A stretch of 64,000 nucleotides of DNA from Iphione sp. A-MEVVRFRX5 (lineage: Eukaryota), in NCBI GenBank assembly GCA_976226885.1, contig OZ320314.1:98580001-98644000 (forward strand). Reading direction: 5' to 3'. A program made the translations under genes and the position numbers. Under the pieces are notes generated by a model that saw nothing but the letters and a program-made list of their open reading frames with translations, did not search any database and was not told the DNA's origin. Numbering within the stretch: position 1 is the first letter of the stretch; the number at the start of each line of letters is the position of its first letter. This document shows, in pieces, positions 63,472-64,000 of this stretch.

Positions 63472-64000
63472 GTAAGGGTTGCTCTCCTGTATGCAATGTG
63501 TATGCTGAGCCCTCTCCTCCCACGGTGATACAACATATATACCAGGGAAATAGCCCTAGATCTTCCCACCTGGCGACTTTATGTATACTACGGGCCGGCA
63601 GAAATTGAGGCGCCGAGGTTACAAAAATAGTCCACTCTACTTCGTGGTGAGAGATCTTCCAGCCCTTTACCAATAATCTAAACAAATGCGCGCCTTTTTG
63701 ATTGACTTTGAAAGGTCAGCATTTTTTAATGATATAAATACAATGTAGCTATATAAATAGCTATATAAATCGTATTGTAAGAGAAGAGAATGGACTCGGG
63801 AGGATTCGCGCTATCACCAACTCAAATCATTACCAATTTACTCTTCAATTGTCTCAGTCCACACTAACTCGCACCTTCCTACCTGAAAAGCTGTTGCTTG
63901 AAAAGGGTTCTATAGTTATAACTAATGAGATTTGAAGTAAATTCCTGTAGGGACGCACGTAAAGAACATATGGAATATACGATTCTTCATAAGAATAAGG

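Overview
Eukaryotic genomic DNA from a bilaterian animal, probably an invertebrate (GT-AG introns, CTCF-like motifs; species not determinable). No rRNA, tRNA or CRISPR features were found. The window is dominated by one large + strand nuclear-receptor gene of the NR2E (tailless/PNR) family, best matching NR2E6/PNR-like (P-box CDGCRG). Six coding exons (24478-25434, 46995-47133, 48084-48346, 48584-49024, 49452-49622, 50003-50244) join in phase. A probable 28-nt distal first coding exon at 9918-9945 sits in a CpG-rich promoter; including it gives a 746-aa protein with 14.5-kb and 21.5-kb introns. Downstream are two tandem small EF-hand genes: a complete 82-aa gene at 56789-59715 and a second starting at 63328 that runs off the window. 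Mobile DNA includes two decayed CR1/L2-type LINE fragments, twin 177-bp TA-flanked MITEs nested in one LINE, and other pogo/Tigger-like and Harbinger-like remnants. There is one 186-N assembly gap. The most striking unexplained signals are: (1) at least 33 copies of TACATGTA (about 1-2 expected), one of which looks like an in-frame 6-bp insertion in a LINE RT, matching a Tc1/mariner-type excision footprint of the CA...TG-ended MITEs in this window; (2) an alternative-acceptor/TAA-ATG switch at the NR2E6 N-terminus; (3) three degenerate tandem copies of an LBD exon-intron junction; (4) oriented CTCF-like sites among many CpG-rich islands. All coordinates and counts were read by eye.
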